Assembly (NCBI GenBank): GCA_013265495.1 | Contig: MU058844.1 | Location: 7,563,260 to 7,627,259, forward strand | From: Vicugna vicugna | Taxonomy: Eukaryota | Direction: 5' to 3' | Length of the DNA: 64,000 nt | Shown here: positions 40,001 to 54,214 of the stretch, piece after piece | Position numbering within the stretch: position 1 is the first letter of the stretch | Layout of the letters: every line of letters begins with the position of its first letter | The notes under the pieces: model-generated | Seen by the model: the letters and a program-made list of their open reading frames with translations, nothing else | The model's database searches: none | Told to the model about the DNA's origin: nothing | Position numbers and translations under genes: made by a program

Positions 40001-40240
40001 GGTAGTCAAAATCATAGAAAGTACAATGATGGTTATTAGGGGTTTGAGGGAGGAGAGCATTGGGACATTGTTTAATGGATATAGGGTTTCAGAAGAGTCA
40101 TGGGGATGGATGGTGGTGATGGTTGCACAATAATGTGAATGTGTTTAAAACTACTGAACTGTGTGCTTTAAAATGGTTAAGATGGTAAATTTTATGTTAA
40201 GTGCATTTTATTACTTACAATAAAAATAAAATAGAAAACA
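37030..40240 (+). mobile_element. Old L1 (L1MB-like 3' end) with 5'UTR, decayed ORF1 and a large ORF2 deletion
   Basis: ORF1 remnants (cagcagatttctcatcagaa, ctgccctgcaagaaatgct); EN remnants at 39050-39400 joined directly to the ORF2 C-terminus/3'UTR; tail at about 40235. Confidence 0.85.
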
Positions 40241-40242
40241 GT

Positions 40243-40380
40243 CTCATGCCAGGAGGATAGCACACCCCATATTCTACAGGGACAAAGGTTCTGTGTTCAG
40301 GTCCTTTCTAGAACTTGTCTTATATCTCTTCATCTGGCTGTTTTTTTTTTTATCTTTTAAAGTATCTTTTTATATAATAG
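40243..40380 (+). mobile_element. MER21-like LTR fragment
   Basis: ggaggatagcacacccc...acagggacaaagg...tttctagaacttgtcttatatctcttcatctggctgtt. Confidence 0.55.
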
Positions 40381-40843
40381 TGAGCTACTAGATAAAAAAA
40401 GAAAAAATAGTACATCCAAATATACCCATCCATTTAAATTCACCTACTATAGCTCCGAACACAGCATCTATCTCTAGGTGCTATTCGGTCTCTCAGTTTT
40501 GTTCCTTGCCTATTTCTCAAATGTTACAGTAATATACCAAATGTTAGAAATAAATATTTTTTCAGAACCAATTGGGAGAGAAATATTAAAAATCAATATT
40601 TTTATTTTTCACTATTAATTTGTTGGAGAACATGAACAGCATGAGATTAATATGGGCTAACTGGCTCTTCTTGAAACTCTCATCAGTTTTAAGATAGCCA
40701 CAGGAAATTTTATTTCTGTAGAGCAAACACATATTCAAAGTAGCTGCTCAGACTAGTCTGAGGTGGAAAGGGAAGTCAGAGACCAACTACATAATGCACA
40801 TATGTTTATACAGAGTATCTCCACCTAACTGAAAACTACGTAC

Positions 40844-40968
40844 CGATGCTTGTCATTCCACAACTATGAAAGACACTCCTTCATGAGCAAGAGGTTCTGA
40901 GTGCTGTTCTGGTGAGGAGACCTTTTTGCACAATATCAATGTTATGGTAAGTCTTTCTACCTTAAAAG
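40844..40968 (-). pseudogene. Candidate exon, 125 nt, phase 1 to 0
   Basis: ggtcttttacag| and tcg|gtacgt; AFKVERLTITLILCKKVSSPEQHSEPLAHEGVSFIVVE*QAS with one TGA. Confidence 0.5.
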
Positions 40969-41099
40969 CTGTAAAAGACCAATGCAGATCACAAAATTGT
41001 AAGAAAATTGCAAATGATCCATTTTTCTTGACGGAAAGCATGCCAGGGGAGGCTGTGAACATTTAAGAATTCCAAAGCACCAGCAGAAGTCTATCAGAT

Positions 41100-41830
41100 G
41101 GACAGTGGAAGAGTCCTCACTGAGAGAAACTGACATATGCAAAGTATGGAAGCTCAAAACAGCAGTGTGCATGTGGGGCAAGTAATTTGGCATGTCTGGG
41201 GAGTTAAGCGCAAAATTAAAGGAAAGACTGGGCAGAAGTGCATTAAGACAGTCAGGAAGAGGCCAGACCATTTAAGGCTTTACACGCCAGCTGAAGAGTT
41301 TAAACATTACTACAAAGGCTACAGGGAACAACTGGCTTAAAAATCGGATTTTAATATTAGAAAAGTCATTTTAACTCCATTATGCATAAGGGATGGAAGT
41401 TTTGGGGGACTGGAGGTGTAGTAATGAAAGTTAGAAGAGGACCACTGAGGCCCAAAGGAGATGATGAAAGCCTGGACAAAACAGTGCTGATAAGAGTTAA
41501 GTTCTGAGAGCCGTTTAGGAGGTGACGTAAGGCTGGACCACCTGAACAGGGTAAGTAAGAGGAAGGAGTCTGGGCTGACTTCTAGATTTCATTATTTATG
41601 ACTGATTGAATGCTAATACCTATGGGCATTATCAGCAGAAATGGGAAAATGTGGGGAAAATACAATGAGTTTATGAATAAAGCTACTGACTTTCAAAGGC
41701 TTAAGTAAATGCCGGAAGACATTCAGTGCAGGTTTGAATATATCATTTTGGATCTCAGAAGACGGGACCCAGATTTGAGTTATCAGCATATGGGGTTTAT
41801 GAAAGAGAATGTGAAGGAAACATACAGAAT
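41100..41830 (-). mobile_element. L2 fragment (similar pieces near 43330-44020 and 46320-47210)
   Basis: Purine-rich L2 antisense motifs (ggagatgatgaaagcctggac, gctgacttctagattt, agatttgagttatcagcata). Confidence 0.6.
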
Positions 41831-42301
41831 GAAAAGAGAAGGTAAGCAAGAAAATGTTATCATTTGAGAATGTGGTTAGAAACAAATAACAGAACACCCA
41901 ATAAACTAGGAATATTTCACAAGGATTATTTTTCTCACTAGAAATGTAGAGGGAATCACTCCAGGGGTTTTGCAACTGTTTTAAGACCACCTTCAAGGAA
42001 CCGGCTTGTTTCTCTGTTTCTACTATGAATCTGCCGTGTATTGACTTTCATGTTCACACTTGCTACTTGATGGATCTAAGATGGCACTGCCCCCTCTGTC
42101 TCATGTCCACACTCTACACAGAATGAGCAAAAGAGAAAGAGGCACTTTTAATATAAAGAAAGTATTTCTCAAAAAAACCTAAGATATACTTCATTAACCA
42201 TAATAGTCCTATGTCTTCATCTAACTGAAAGGAAAGCATGTATTTTGATCTCAGCACATAGCTACTCGAAGCCAGTAAACTTCTATTATGGTAAGGAGCT
42301 G

Positions 42302-42425
42302 GAGGGGGGAGGGTAGAGCTCACTGGCAGGGTACATGCTTAGCATGTACAAGGTCGTGACTTCAGTCCCCAGTACCTCCATTAAAAATAAATAAACCTAA
42401 TTGCCTCCTCTCTCCAAAAAAAAGC
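42302..42425 (+). mobile_element. tRNA-derived camelid SINE (Vic-1-like)
   Basis: ggggggagggtagagctcactggcagggtacatgcttagcatgtacaaggtc...ccccagtacctccattaaaaataaataaacctaattgcctcc. Confidence 0.85.
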
Positions 42426-45146
42426 AATACATTTTGAAAAAGGAAATAAAGGAAGGAGTAGGCAGCACTAAGATAGGCCATTTACAATCTCCCAAAAACG
42501 TAGAACTTTGCTCCAGGAATTATCAGGAGAGGCAGTCCTTGTGACGTGTATTGAAAAGGAGTTAGCGCAAAGACCCCGAGATTCTTAGAATGATATAATT
42601 CAGACACATAGGAAGTGAGCAGCAGCGTGTATGTGTGGAGTTCATGTACACGAGAACTGATGAAAGCGTATGCTGAAAATGCTCTGAAACCAGTAGCTTC
42701 TTGTTGCCTGGATTGCTCTATTTAATTTGCCCGTGAACTGTCCTCCACTTTGAAAAACTGCTCTTTTATCTCTATCTTTTGAAATCCTGCATATTTTTCA
42801 GGTTCTGTCTTATCTATGATCTATCTATAATGATTTTCTTTAATGTGTTACTGAACTAGATGTATTTAATTATGTGGGTCCCTAGAATTTCTTCTTATAA
42901 TTTTGAAACATTTTGATAATTTACTTGTTTCATTTGACCTTGAAAATAATAGCATAGTGGATACTGTACTAAAACACGTGTTCCTCCTGATGCTGAGCCG
43001 CTAACAGACCCAGGCAGACATTACCTTTGTCTAAAAAGTGCCTCTTGCACCCAGGGAACCTGCTTTCAGTGCTTGATGGGGGTTAGAAACACCCTCTATG
43101 CTGGCCCCAATTCTAGACGGCTCTACAATGCCAGCTCAGCTACACAGCTCTTCTTGGAACCACAGACTGACTTCTCCCTTGACCTAATGCTGTTTTCTTC
43201 TCTTGGCTCACAGGAGTTTACCCTGAGAGTACTCTCCAATCAACTTCCTCACCACTCATCTCCATCTCAGACTCTGTGCTAAGTATTGAATGGTCTTGAT
43301 ATACTATTCACTGCTTGATTCCTCTCTTCCTTTATTCATGCAATACATATATATGTGAAACACATTTGTAGCAAAAAAAAGAATAAAACATGACATCTCT
43401 ACCTCGTGATGCTTACATTTTAGTAAAGGAATATAGACAGTAAAACTACATTTTATTTACTTATTATCTAGATTGTCAGATAATGAGAAGTGCTTTGGAT
43501 GCCACTGCATGGATTGATATACCTATTAGATAGACATCCTAGTATAAAAGTTGTATAGGCAATTAGATTTAAAAAAAAATGGAATTCAGGGTGAGATCTT
43601 TATTACAGATATGTATCTGGGAGTCACCCGCATACAAATGGTATTTAAAACCCAAAGAGTAAATCCTAATAGAGATCTGAAGATTGAGTCTTGGGCCATT
43701 ACTATAAACAGAGAACAGGGAGATGAAGAATCAGCAAAGGAGACTCACGAGTGACTAGTAAAATAAAAAAAAAAAAAGAACCAAGAAAGGGTCTTGATGC
43801 AGAAGGCAATTAAAGATTTATAGGTGAGTGGAATAGAAAACAGTATAATGGAAAAAGAATGAGGAGTAAAATGGATTAAAAAGAATTCCAAAATTCTTAT
43901 TCTGTGGCAGTAAGCAATTAGAGAAAGGGGAGAGTTAGTGGAAATGGAAAGATATAAGAAACATTTTGAGAAGAAAATTGATGTAGCTTAAATTTGGATT
44001 GGATTTTAGATAAAAGAGTGAGGAATAACAGTTACACCTTAATTTTCTTTGTGTCCTCGTACTAAACACATTTCTTTGGCCAGCCTGGGTCCATGAATGG
44101 ATACTTGTTGAAATTCTCTCTTCCAACAGCTCCACCTCTAATTTTCCCATTTTGGTTAATGATTTCTTTGTCACAAAACCCTCATTAAACAAAATGGGAG
44201 AACTGGAGGCAGGGCTGCTTGAAGAAAGAAATTCATGAAGTATTCATCATGTACCCAGGATAACCGAAACTATGTGCTAAGCACAAGAACACACAAGGGC
44301 AATTAAGGCATAACTTTTCTTCTCATGAAGATCATAGCAGGTCAAAGATATGTCCTTATCATAAAATAAAATTGTCAATGCAGGATGGAACAAAACAAAT
44401 GGCTTTAATAGAGGCATTTAAATTCAAAGACTGTTGAACATGGACAGTTTGTAAATCATTTTACTAAGTCCTGTGGATACCAAAATGAGTAAAGTACAGT
44501 CAACTACTATCAATAAATCCAATCCAGCTAGAAAAGAGGGAACACACTTTTATGATGATGGCTGCCTTATGTGTAGTCACAGCCATTTGCTTTACAATGT
44601 ACACATTTAGCCTCTGCTCTCACACATGAAATACAGAATTTCTGTCCTCATTTAATGGACAAAGAAGCAAGCCTAAAACTAACTATTCAAGATTCTAGGT
44701 CATGATATGAAACTTGGAGCCAAATCTGTCTGATCTCAACCCGTGTTTTCACTATGCTATATCCCTTTTTAATCAGAGTGTGAATCTGTGCATTTTCAAG
44801 AGGAAGAGATGGTGCTCAGATGTACCAGAAAGAAGTCATGAATTTAAATATTTTTAACAGAAACTCACACTTTAACAACTCATATGCTAAACTTTAAAGA
44901 AACCTTGGAGATGACCTATTTGTGGCTTCTTAAACTTTTGCATTAAGATACTGAAATATCAGAAGCGTATAAGAAGATAAACCCAGGACCTCCCACAGGT
45001 ATCAAACTTTTTTCAAGTCAATGTTTGGTCTTCAAAAATGCATGTAAGATTTTCATTGTACTCCCCAATGCGTCTGTTTCTATAAGGATAGAATTTTGTT
45101 CTCAAAAAATACACAGATATCTCTAGCAAGATGTATTCTGCCTTAC

Positions 45147-45229
45147 CTCGGTGTCTCACATGGCTTGCTTGCTCCCTCTTAATCCAAGAGTTACATTTTC
45201 CATAGTTAAAAGGAAACCCACTTGGGTAC
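45147..45229 (-). pseudogene. Candidate exon, 83 nt
   Basis: ctctctgacag| and gag|gtaagg; open as YPSGFPFNYGKCNSWIKREQASHVRHR (phase 2 to 1). Confidence 0.5.
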
Positions 45230-47587
45230 CTGTCAGAGAGCCTTGCAAAGTTCATGGTGTTAGAATTTGATTACAATTCAAATGTACTTAATCTGTCAGT
45301 AGCCATGAGTCCATTGTTGTCATCTGAATTGGGGCTGTATTATAATTTTCATTGGGAAGCAAACAAAGGTTCTCAGAAAATTATCCATACAATGTAGATA
45401 ACGTGAATTATAAAAACTGAGCTGAAGTTTGAATGAAACATTTATCTGTGATATTTTTAGCTCTTTCTGTGTGGGGCAGGAAGCACTGCATACTTGTGCT
45501 TTATCACCCTTTTAGACTCTATTAAAATAAAAATTATCCTGGATGGGGGAAAGAAAAGATTTCAGCCAAAAGGAGTTTATTTTGTTTCTGTCTGAGTTTT
45601 GAGGGAGATGTCTAGTTGTGTTTATTGTTTCTAAAATCTTGGCAGGACAAAGAAAAGCATTTTTTGCTTATAAAAACCAAAAACCATAGGGGAAAATTTT
45701 AAATTAATAAAAAGAGAATAAGAGCAAGTTTAGGCCATTCCTTTGAAGCTGGCTAGGCAATTCAAAGTCACAGGGCAGGGCATCAAAGAACCGCTGCCTA
45801 GGAAGGCCTCTCTCCACCAAATCAAGCCTAAATATACTGGGAATAAATTGTGTATCTAGTCCAACAGGCTTAAAATGTTTTATTTCAAATTCTCTGGGAT
45901 TGGAGTTATTGTCCTTTTCATTACTTCAACATTGTTTCTCTTTGTATCGTTTTCCTCCCTGGTTGATCTTTTCCAAGTCCCTTATATGTAAGTTCATCCT
46001 GCCCCAAACATCTTCCCTCTCACGTCTGCCACTTCTAGCTTCTGAAATCATCAATGGCAGAAAAGTACATACATACTATCATACAGACAAATCTCCCCCA
46101 CAATTTGACACAGAGTTCCATCTAAAAAAAGCTGGCAGAAAACCAACACAGTTTTTAGCTTTAAAAGATAGCGTGTTCAAGAAAACTTAATCTTTAAATC
46201 TGTGATCTGGAACCATTTTATATTAAACAAGTCAATTGGACACTGAAAATTACAACAGAGGAAGGACTTCTCTTGAACTTCATTTCAGGTTCTAAGCCCC
46301 TTAATAGAGGGATTTGACATAAAGAGGTCAGAGAAAAATTCCTAGAGGAAGTGACATGTGAACTCAAGAGTTGTAGGCTGAATAGCAAATATCTAGTTAA
46401 GAGCAGAAAAATGAGTGTTCAAACCAAAAGGAGCAATATGTATGAACAGGAAGGAGGACAGGAAGAAGGCCAGTGGGACTGGATGAGAAGTAGCAGAGGA
46501 AGACTGGTACAAGATGAACCTAGAACAGGCAGTAGAAATCGCATGACTCGGGGTCCTGAAGACCAGGGTACGAACTCTACCCTTTATCCTGAAAGTGATA
46601 CAATTAATTAAAGGGTATTAAACGTAGGGGGAACACGATCATAAGAGAAATGTTTTAGATACAGAAGGTGAGGAAGAATGCTGTGTACAAGATGACTGCT
46701 ACGTTACTTGCTTTTAAAAATAAAAGAATTGCAGAGCCATTCACAAAGATCAGGAAAGTTGAGAAAGGAATAGAACTGAGGAAGAAAATTATGAGTTTTT
46801 AAAAAAAAAATATATATATATATCACCTATATTTGAGGTGCTTTTGAGATTGCCAAGAAGGGGTATTAGAGAAAGGGCCTGTTATCTCTGTATAGCTAAT
46901 AGTAGAAGTCATGAGGGTGAACGAAAATATAAGAGGGGAGAATAGGAGAGATTCTACCTCTAAGCTTAAGCAACGTCAATATGCAATGGCCTTCGGTGAT
47001 AAGCCTGACGAAGATACAGTGAGGTAGGAAGAAAATTAAAGGGTACAGTTGCAAGGAATTCAAATCATAATGTCACAATCCAAGAAAGTGGAATATAGAG
47101 CTGAATGTTACTGAGAAGCAGACTAAGAAAGAAAAAATATTCCTTAGACTTAGAGACAGGAATGGGATTGCTAATCTTACCAAGAACTGTTTTTGGTAGA
47201 GATGAGGTGTCTGATGCCAGGTCAGAATTTGAGGAGAATAAACATTTCTTTTGAGAAAATTGTACTGGGATTTCGTTGCTCCACATTTTGGTGAAACAAC
47301 TCCAAAATTCATACTCATACCAAAAACATGAGTGTTAATCTAGATTCATACTTCTGTTTTACCATTCTGCCCTCAGTTTGCTCTGAGATCTGCAAACTTT
47401 TGTCCGTAAAGGCTTTCAGGGGAAGCAGCATCTTAGACTAGAAAGAAGTAAGCCACTCACAACTGAATCCCTGTACCTCTCAGTGACCAGCTGTAAAGCA
47501 TGAGGAAGCTGCTTAGCCTCTCTAAGCCTGTTACCTCATCATAAATCATCATTAATAAACATCTCTCTTGTAGAACTTCTTATAAAC

Positions 47588-48280
47588 TAGAATGGTACAG
47601 CCATTGTGGAAAACAGTATGGAGATCACAAAAATCTAAAAATAGACTTACCATATGATCCAGCAATCCTACTCCTGGGTATATACCTGGAGGCAACTCTC
47701 ATTCGAAAAGATACCTGCACCCCAATGTTCACAGCAGCGCTATATACAATAGCCAAGACATGGAAACAGCCTAAATGTCCATTGACAGATGATGACTGCA
47801 TAAAGAAGTTGTGACGTATATATGGAATGGAATACATAGCCATAAAAAAGAATAAAATAATTCCATTTGCAACAACATGGATGGACCTAGAGATCATCAT
47901 TCTAGGTGAAGCAAGCCAGAAAGAGAAAGAAAAATACCAAATGCTATCACTCATATGTGGAAGCAAAAAAAAGAGGATACTAATGAACTTATCTGCAAAA
48001 CAGAAAAACTCACATAGTAAACAATCTTACGGTTACTAGGGGAAAAAGGGTGGTAAGGGATAAATTTAGGAGTTTGAGATTTGCAGATGTTAACAACTAT
48101 ATATAAAAAGTAGATTAAAAAAACAAATTTCCTCTGTATAGCACAGGGAACTATATTCAATATCTTAACAACCTTTAACGAAAAAGAAAATGGAAATGAA
48201 TACATGTATGTATGTGCATGACTGGGACTGTGTGCTGAACAACAGACACACTGTAATTGACTGTACTTCAATAAAAAATT
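47588..48280 (+). mobile_element. Young 5'-truncated L1 3' end
   Basis: IIPFATTWMDLEIIILGEASQKEKEKY; same 3'UTR as 8740-9475 and 21048-21297; ends cttcaataaaaaa. Confidence 0.9.
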
Positions 48281-49920
48281 AGATTTCTGTAAAATGCTTT
48301 TGAATGAAAGCCATTTTAAATACTAAAATTAGACATCCTTTTATCTTTGTTTCCTTTTTCTTCCCATATATCAATACCTATATTTGGGTTTTATCAACTT
48401 TTGCCCAGTTTATTCCAATTTTCTCCTAACTAGCCTCTTCAATTCTCTTCCAGATTGTTGCCAGGATGAACTTTCTAAAAGGCAAGCATGATCATATTGC
48501 GGCCTTGCGTAAAGCCCTTGGAATGTTTCAGTTGTTCCCCCTAAGCTTCCAGAGTAAAGTTCCAATTTCTCACATGATCATCCAAGGTCCCTCATGACCT
48601 GATGCTTGCCCTAAAATCCTAGCTCTGTTTCCTGCCATTTTCACACATGACCACTTCTAATCAACCCCACAGAACTTCTTGCCATTCTCAGATACATAAA
48701 CTTAATTCCTCTCCTTCCCAGTGTTCAGAGAGCTCCTCTTCCTATCCATTCTCCAAATCCGTTCTCCAAAACTAAACTTAGCCTCCACTGTAAAGATTTT
48801 CTTGAATCTGATTGATGTGGATTTTCTCCACGTTCCTATAGCATCCTGTGCATTTTTCTCCCTTGTATAGTGAGTTCAAGCACAGGCATTGCAGTATATA
48901 TGCTGCCTGGGTTCAAATACTGGCTCTGATATTTATCACTTCTGTTCCTCTAATCGGATTTACTCTCTCTGGGACTCACATTTTTTACCTGTAGAATGAA
49001 GATCACATTAAAGGTCACTTTTTAGATTGTTATAAGGAATTAAAAAGTGCTTACCACTCACATGTTAGATGTTAATATTGAGGACGTGTGACAGCTATTA
49101 GCTGGTAACACAGTGATCACGATCGCCTATACTGTCAGCTCCCTGGAATCAAAGGCCTTCCATTATTTGCTTTTATAGCACCAATATGTCACAACTGCTC
49201 CAAAGCCTACTGCTGTTCAGTAAATACTGAACAATGAAATAAGTGGATACATTGAATAAATTTCACCACACTGCATCTGGGATCTGAAAGCACCAATATG
49301 AAACAAGGAATAACATGGACACCGAGAAAAATCTCTTGTTGCGTACTAATAAATTAAGGAAAAGTATCTAGGGTGACTGTGTGCTTACATCCCATTATTT
49401 CCCATTTGCTGAAGAAATGAACTGCTATAATAATCAGTAATGAACATTCCTTGAAGAACTATAAATTACATTTTATGGGAATTTTAATGTAAATTGAAAG
49501 TTCACTTATTAAAATTTTCTAGTATGCTTATACAAAATATTCAGGTGTTAACTGCACATATGATGAATAGCCCAAAATATGATGTATATTGTGATCACTA
49601 AAAATATCAGTGTGCTTACTGTATAAGGAATAAATGGACTAAAAACTACGTTGGTTTAGCTTCCTCACTTATCTCGTATATTCTGAATTGGCCTCAGCCG
49701 TTCAGAGCACATTCTATAATTTCTAGTAAATCAATTTCAACAGTCTGTCATTTTGCACACTAAGGTCAATTCTCGGGAAGCTTAGAATTATTTGTTCCAC
49801 AAATTACAAAAATAATTCATAAATGACCATCTTAGAAGATTTTGCTCTCTCCAAACAAACAAACTGGTAAGTGGCCATGAGCTAAGTTTCTGACTCAGTT
49901 TACTTCACGGAGTTTGGCAC

Positions 49921-50207
49921 AGAGTGATCAAGCCAACTAACAATAACTTACCTGCGTGAAGCTCACTAAATACTTCAGGTCCTCTTTTATCATCGTTGTC
50001 TGTCATTTTAGAAAAATTTGCAAAGGAAAAATGCAGTTCCAAAGTTTTAATTTGAGAAAACAGAGAGTAATCAAGCCAACTAATGGTAACTTACCTGTAT
50101 GAAGCTTAGTAAATACTTCAGGTCCTATTTTATAATCATCTTCTGTCATTTTAGAAAATTTTGCAAAGGAAAAATGCAGTTCCAAAGTTTTAATTTGAGA
50201 AAACAGA
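49921..50207. repeat. Two-copy tandem duplication, 143-bp period, each copy holding a 48-nt minus-strand exon candidate
   Basis: Unit starts at 49921 and 50064. Exons 50142-50095 and 49999-49952 are each bounded by atgacag| and cag|gtaagt. Confidence 0.9.
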
Positions 50208-51290
50208 ATCATGATCCACAAAGTCAAAATAGCAACACAATCATTGTAAAAGAATGTTCACTTAGAGCAGAGACTCTAAGGCTATCTATAACCTTTCGAA
50301 GGTTCTTTTCCTCTAAATATTTTTTCTGTTCCCAATCTACCTATAACCTGGTTGCCATGGACCCTTGCTTCAAAATCAGAATCCAGTGGGAATGGTCTTG
50401 ACCTCTTTGCCTTGAGCGTGGCCAAGTCCCAGTGTTTTCCCTTACTCTTCCTTTGAGTCTGTGAACCTTCTGGTCAACTCGATTCCTTAAGACTTGCTTC
50501 ATATACTATCAGTTGCTCTATACTCACCTTTCATATCTGACATTAAACATTACTCCCCTGGTACTGAGCAAAATTCCCAGACTGACTTACCGTGCTCCCT
50601 GGGGCTATGCCTGCTGCGAGGAAACGTGGTTCACATTCATCTGGCAGCAAGAGTCCCAGCAGAACTCCAGCTCTAGGAATAAAGGTCAGATAATTTTTAA
50701 AGAAAGGGAATAGAGAGTTTTGAGTATGCATACATTTCCAGACACAAAGTATATTAAATTACTTTTCTCCAAGTTTGAAACACAGTGATTTAAGCATTAA
50801 CTCCGAAAAGTTAGATTTTAATATTCATCTTAAGTAGCAAAATACATATTTTACAAAATAACTTTGCAGGAGTTTGAAAAATTGAGAATAATTCTAATAG
50901 ATATGATCTAAGACTACACAAATATGAAAAAAGTATTCGACATATTTGTTCATTAAATGCAGAACTTGAGCAAAGGCAGTATTAAGCCTAACAAATGAGG
51001 TACAAAAAAGTTTTTAAAAGAGCATTCTAATCAATGTTTCAGCTGTGCTGAGCTGAGCAAGCTAGACCTAGCCTTTTATGGGTACTTCTTTTCAAATTAT
51101 ATTGCATAATTATCACCAACTACATTTCTGCATAGGGAAAAATGTTCACATGTCATTTCAAATTAAATATTCTTTACTAAGGAATAGAGGCTGTTTAAAG
51201 TAAAAGCATGTATGTCAACAGTATAATTCTGCTATAAAATATAAAATTATCCCTATTTTATCATAATAGATATAAGGTACAAAAACTTAC

Positions 51291-51653
51291 CTTGCATTTC
51301 ATCTTTTATAATAGTAACTTTTCATAATAGCAATCTCTGAAACAACTGTATTAGTAATAAAAACATTCCTCACTTCTATCTTATATTTTTCTCCCAAGAA
51401 AATGCTACAGCATCTTATTACAGTATTTTGAACTTTACTCAAGCATCTATTGATTTTGGAAAATAGTCTAAATATACCATGGACACCTACAACTGTGTCT
51501 TTGTTCAAAAAATGTTAAGAACTCATAGGAAACTTGGTTTAGGGAATGTGTTATTTCAGCTATTTTTTGAATTAATAAAAATGGATTTTTGTTTGAGTTA
51601 ATCACATAATTATTACTATGAAGCATGTTCAATTGTTTCTCACTCAAAATCAT
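51291..51653 (-). pseudogene. Candidate exon, 363 nt, frameshifted
   Basis: ctgtctaattcatag| and aag|gtaagt. Two overlapping minus ORFs (51468-51653 and 51299-51508) tile almost exactly this interval and can be joined at a T6 run. Confidence 0.6.
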
Positions 51654-54214
51654 CTATGAATTAGACAGAATCATCAAAACCTTTTGGTTGTTTTCCTGAA
51701 TTACCTAAATTCTGACATCAGTAGTAAGCAAGACCACAGCCGCCACAATGGCTTGATGACCTCCTCATTTTTACAGACAGAACCAGATTTCTAGACAGAA
51801 CCAGATTTCATTTTGGCGACAATGTGTTCTTTAAATTTGGTTACTGGAATATATCTAAGAACCGGATTGCTTCCATAAAATATTATAGGCCAGTGTACAT
51901 TTTTAACTTCTGTCAAGAAGCAGCTCGCTCTTTACGCATCTTTATGATGAAAAGAGCGGTGAGACTCCCTTAAGTAGAGACTTAACCACAATTTTCCTTT
52001 GTTCTTGAGCCTAATGCTTTAGACTAATTTATAGGGAAAGAAGGGAAGCCTGAGGACAAGCAAAGACAGACCAAGGAGAAATATATGTAATCACAGTGAC
52101 TGAAACTGAAAACCAGTAAATACTGCAGCATAGGAAACGCAGAATAAAATAACTCACCTCTAACTACAGACATTTTTATATAAAGAATTTAGTTGGAACA
52201 ATATGGAATGTGCTCTGACTAGAATAGAGGAGGATATGATGAACCTGGTTCTCAGACCAACACAAGGTCTGTTATCAGTGCTGCCTATACTACGTCAGGC
52301 GGAATATTAAATGTTAATGAGTTCTAGTTCCTTTCATCTGACCTATAAGCATAAGGTTGCCTGAAGCATATGAGAGAAGATTAATGTGAAACTGCTAAAC
52401 CTAAACCTGGTGCTTAGTATTTCACAATTGTGACGTTTTATCAGCAGTCATCCCTGGCTTACAGACCTTGGGCTTATTTTCATTTATTGCATCCTCTGTG
52501 TCAACTTCTTTCATAGCAGATACCAATTATATGGTCACAAGTCCACAAGGTCAGATGTGTCAAATACAACTTTGTTTACAACTGCAATTACTGTTACTGA
52601 GATTCCCAATTCCATGGATATCAAAAATGTTTACCTCTGCCAACTCATGGCGATTAAATTACTTCTGTTTTAAAAGTAAGTCTTGCAGAATTCCGCCTCC
52701 CACACACACCACCATCACCAAGCACACACAGACATGCACAGGCGTGGTTCCCCTTAACTTCTCACTGAGTCATCTAAACCCTAGGGTGGAGTTGTATATC
52801 ATCCTGGCGTTAGAAGGGAGACATCTGGTTCTCATGCCAGTTTCTGGCTTCTCTGGTCTGTGAGGAAATGTAGTTCACATTCATCTGGCCCTCACTATTC
52901 TGTTGCCTTCACTGGCCCAATTCATGGCTCTATGCCACCGTTTCAATTGTCAGGACCATATAATCCACATCCTCTTTGTCCCAGACGTAAGTCCTCTCCT
53001 GGTACCTTGATCCTCCCCACGATTCTGAATCTTTGGCAGGGGTTGGTCTCCCATTGGTTGCACTCCCACACTACTCTGGAGTTTGTGACTGTGTGTGGTT
53101 GACCTCTTACCGATCTAAGAATCTCCTTCCATCAACTGCTGCTCTGATCCTAGGTACCATTTGGATAGTGAGCTTTCTCAGAAGACTTGTGGCTTTCTCT
53201 GTTATACTGTGGGAAGCCCAGTGATTAGTCTTTTCTCCTCATATCTGGGGGTTTACTTCATCTCCTCCACTCACTGGGGCCTGGTCCAAAACATAGGAGA
53301 TGGGCACTTCCCAGAGAACCATTGTTTCTAAGGTCACATTCCTTTGTGATCTCTCTTCCCATATAATAATCAGTCTAAACCTCACTTTCCTCCTCTAAGA
53401 TATCAATTCTTGGCTCAAATTCCAACAAGCACTAGCTCTTCATATTTCAATGGAAGCTTCTGGCAGTGACAGAAAAATAAATAAACATTTCCTCCTCAAG
53501 CACAAATTTCTTGCAATTAAAAGACCAGTCATTTCAAAACATTGTCTCCACCATAAGTTTACAGACATTCAGAGATGAAGAATTTGATTCCTTCTTTTGT
53601 TTTTTTTCCCCTTTTGTTTTATTCTTATCATCTCTGCCCTGAAGACACAGTTCATAGAAACCCCTCCCTGCTGCCTTAGAGGCTGAGCCCATGAAAAAGG
53701 AATGGAAAAACATGGTTTAATGTCAAAACTTTGCCCAGTGCACTTGCCACTACCAAACAGACTTAGACTGGACTCCAGAGCATGGGTGTTTAACAGCCTG
53801 TTCACGTGGGCTTTTTGCCTCTGCAGTTGTTCACATGTTTCCCTCCTCAAACTCTTCCCTCCAAGTTTGTATATCCAAACCCAGGCTATCCTGAGCTCAG
53901 CTCAAATGCTGCCTCTTCCATGAAGCATCTCTAGTCAACAGAAAGTCAAGATAAGTCTCTTCTTCACTAGACATTATGACAGTATCATTTCTGTACCACT
54001 GTCATGAACTACGAAAATTGTCATTTATCGTGGAATATTTTTTGGTGTATTTCTACTTTCTTTAGTAATATTTTAAGTTCCCTAAATGAATTTACTGTGT
54101 CTGAGTGCTGTATTAATCACCAGTGGTGACTGTATCTGAATGAGATAGTATATCAGTTTACTTCATAAATTGATCAAACCATTTAGCTCTTCCCAGGGCT
54201 TATTAAAATATATA

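Noticed and set aside
51775..51809. 17-bp direct repeat agacagaaccagatttc (similar small repeats near 8018-8050 and 39065-39107)
   Set aside because: Common local slippage duplications with no sign of function.
52450..53500. ORFs of 131 and 80 aa in a moderately GC-richer stretch
   Set aside because: No splice or homology support; possibly an old LTR-internal relic, but I could not assign it.
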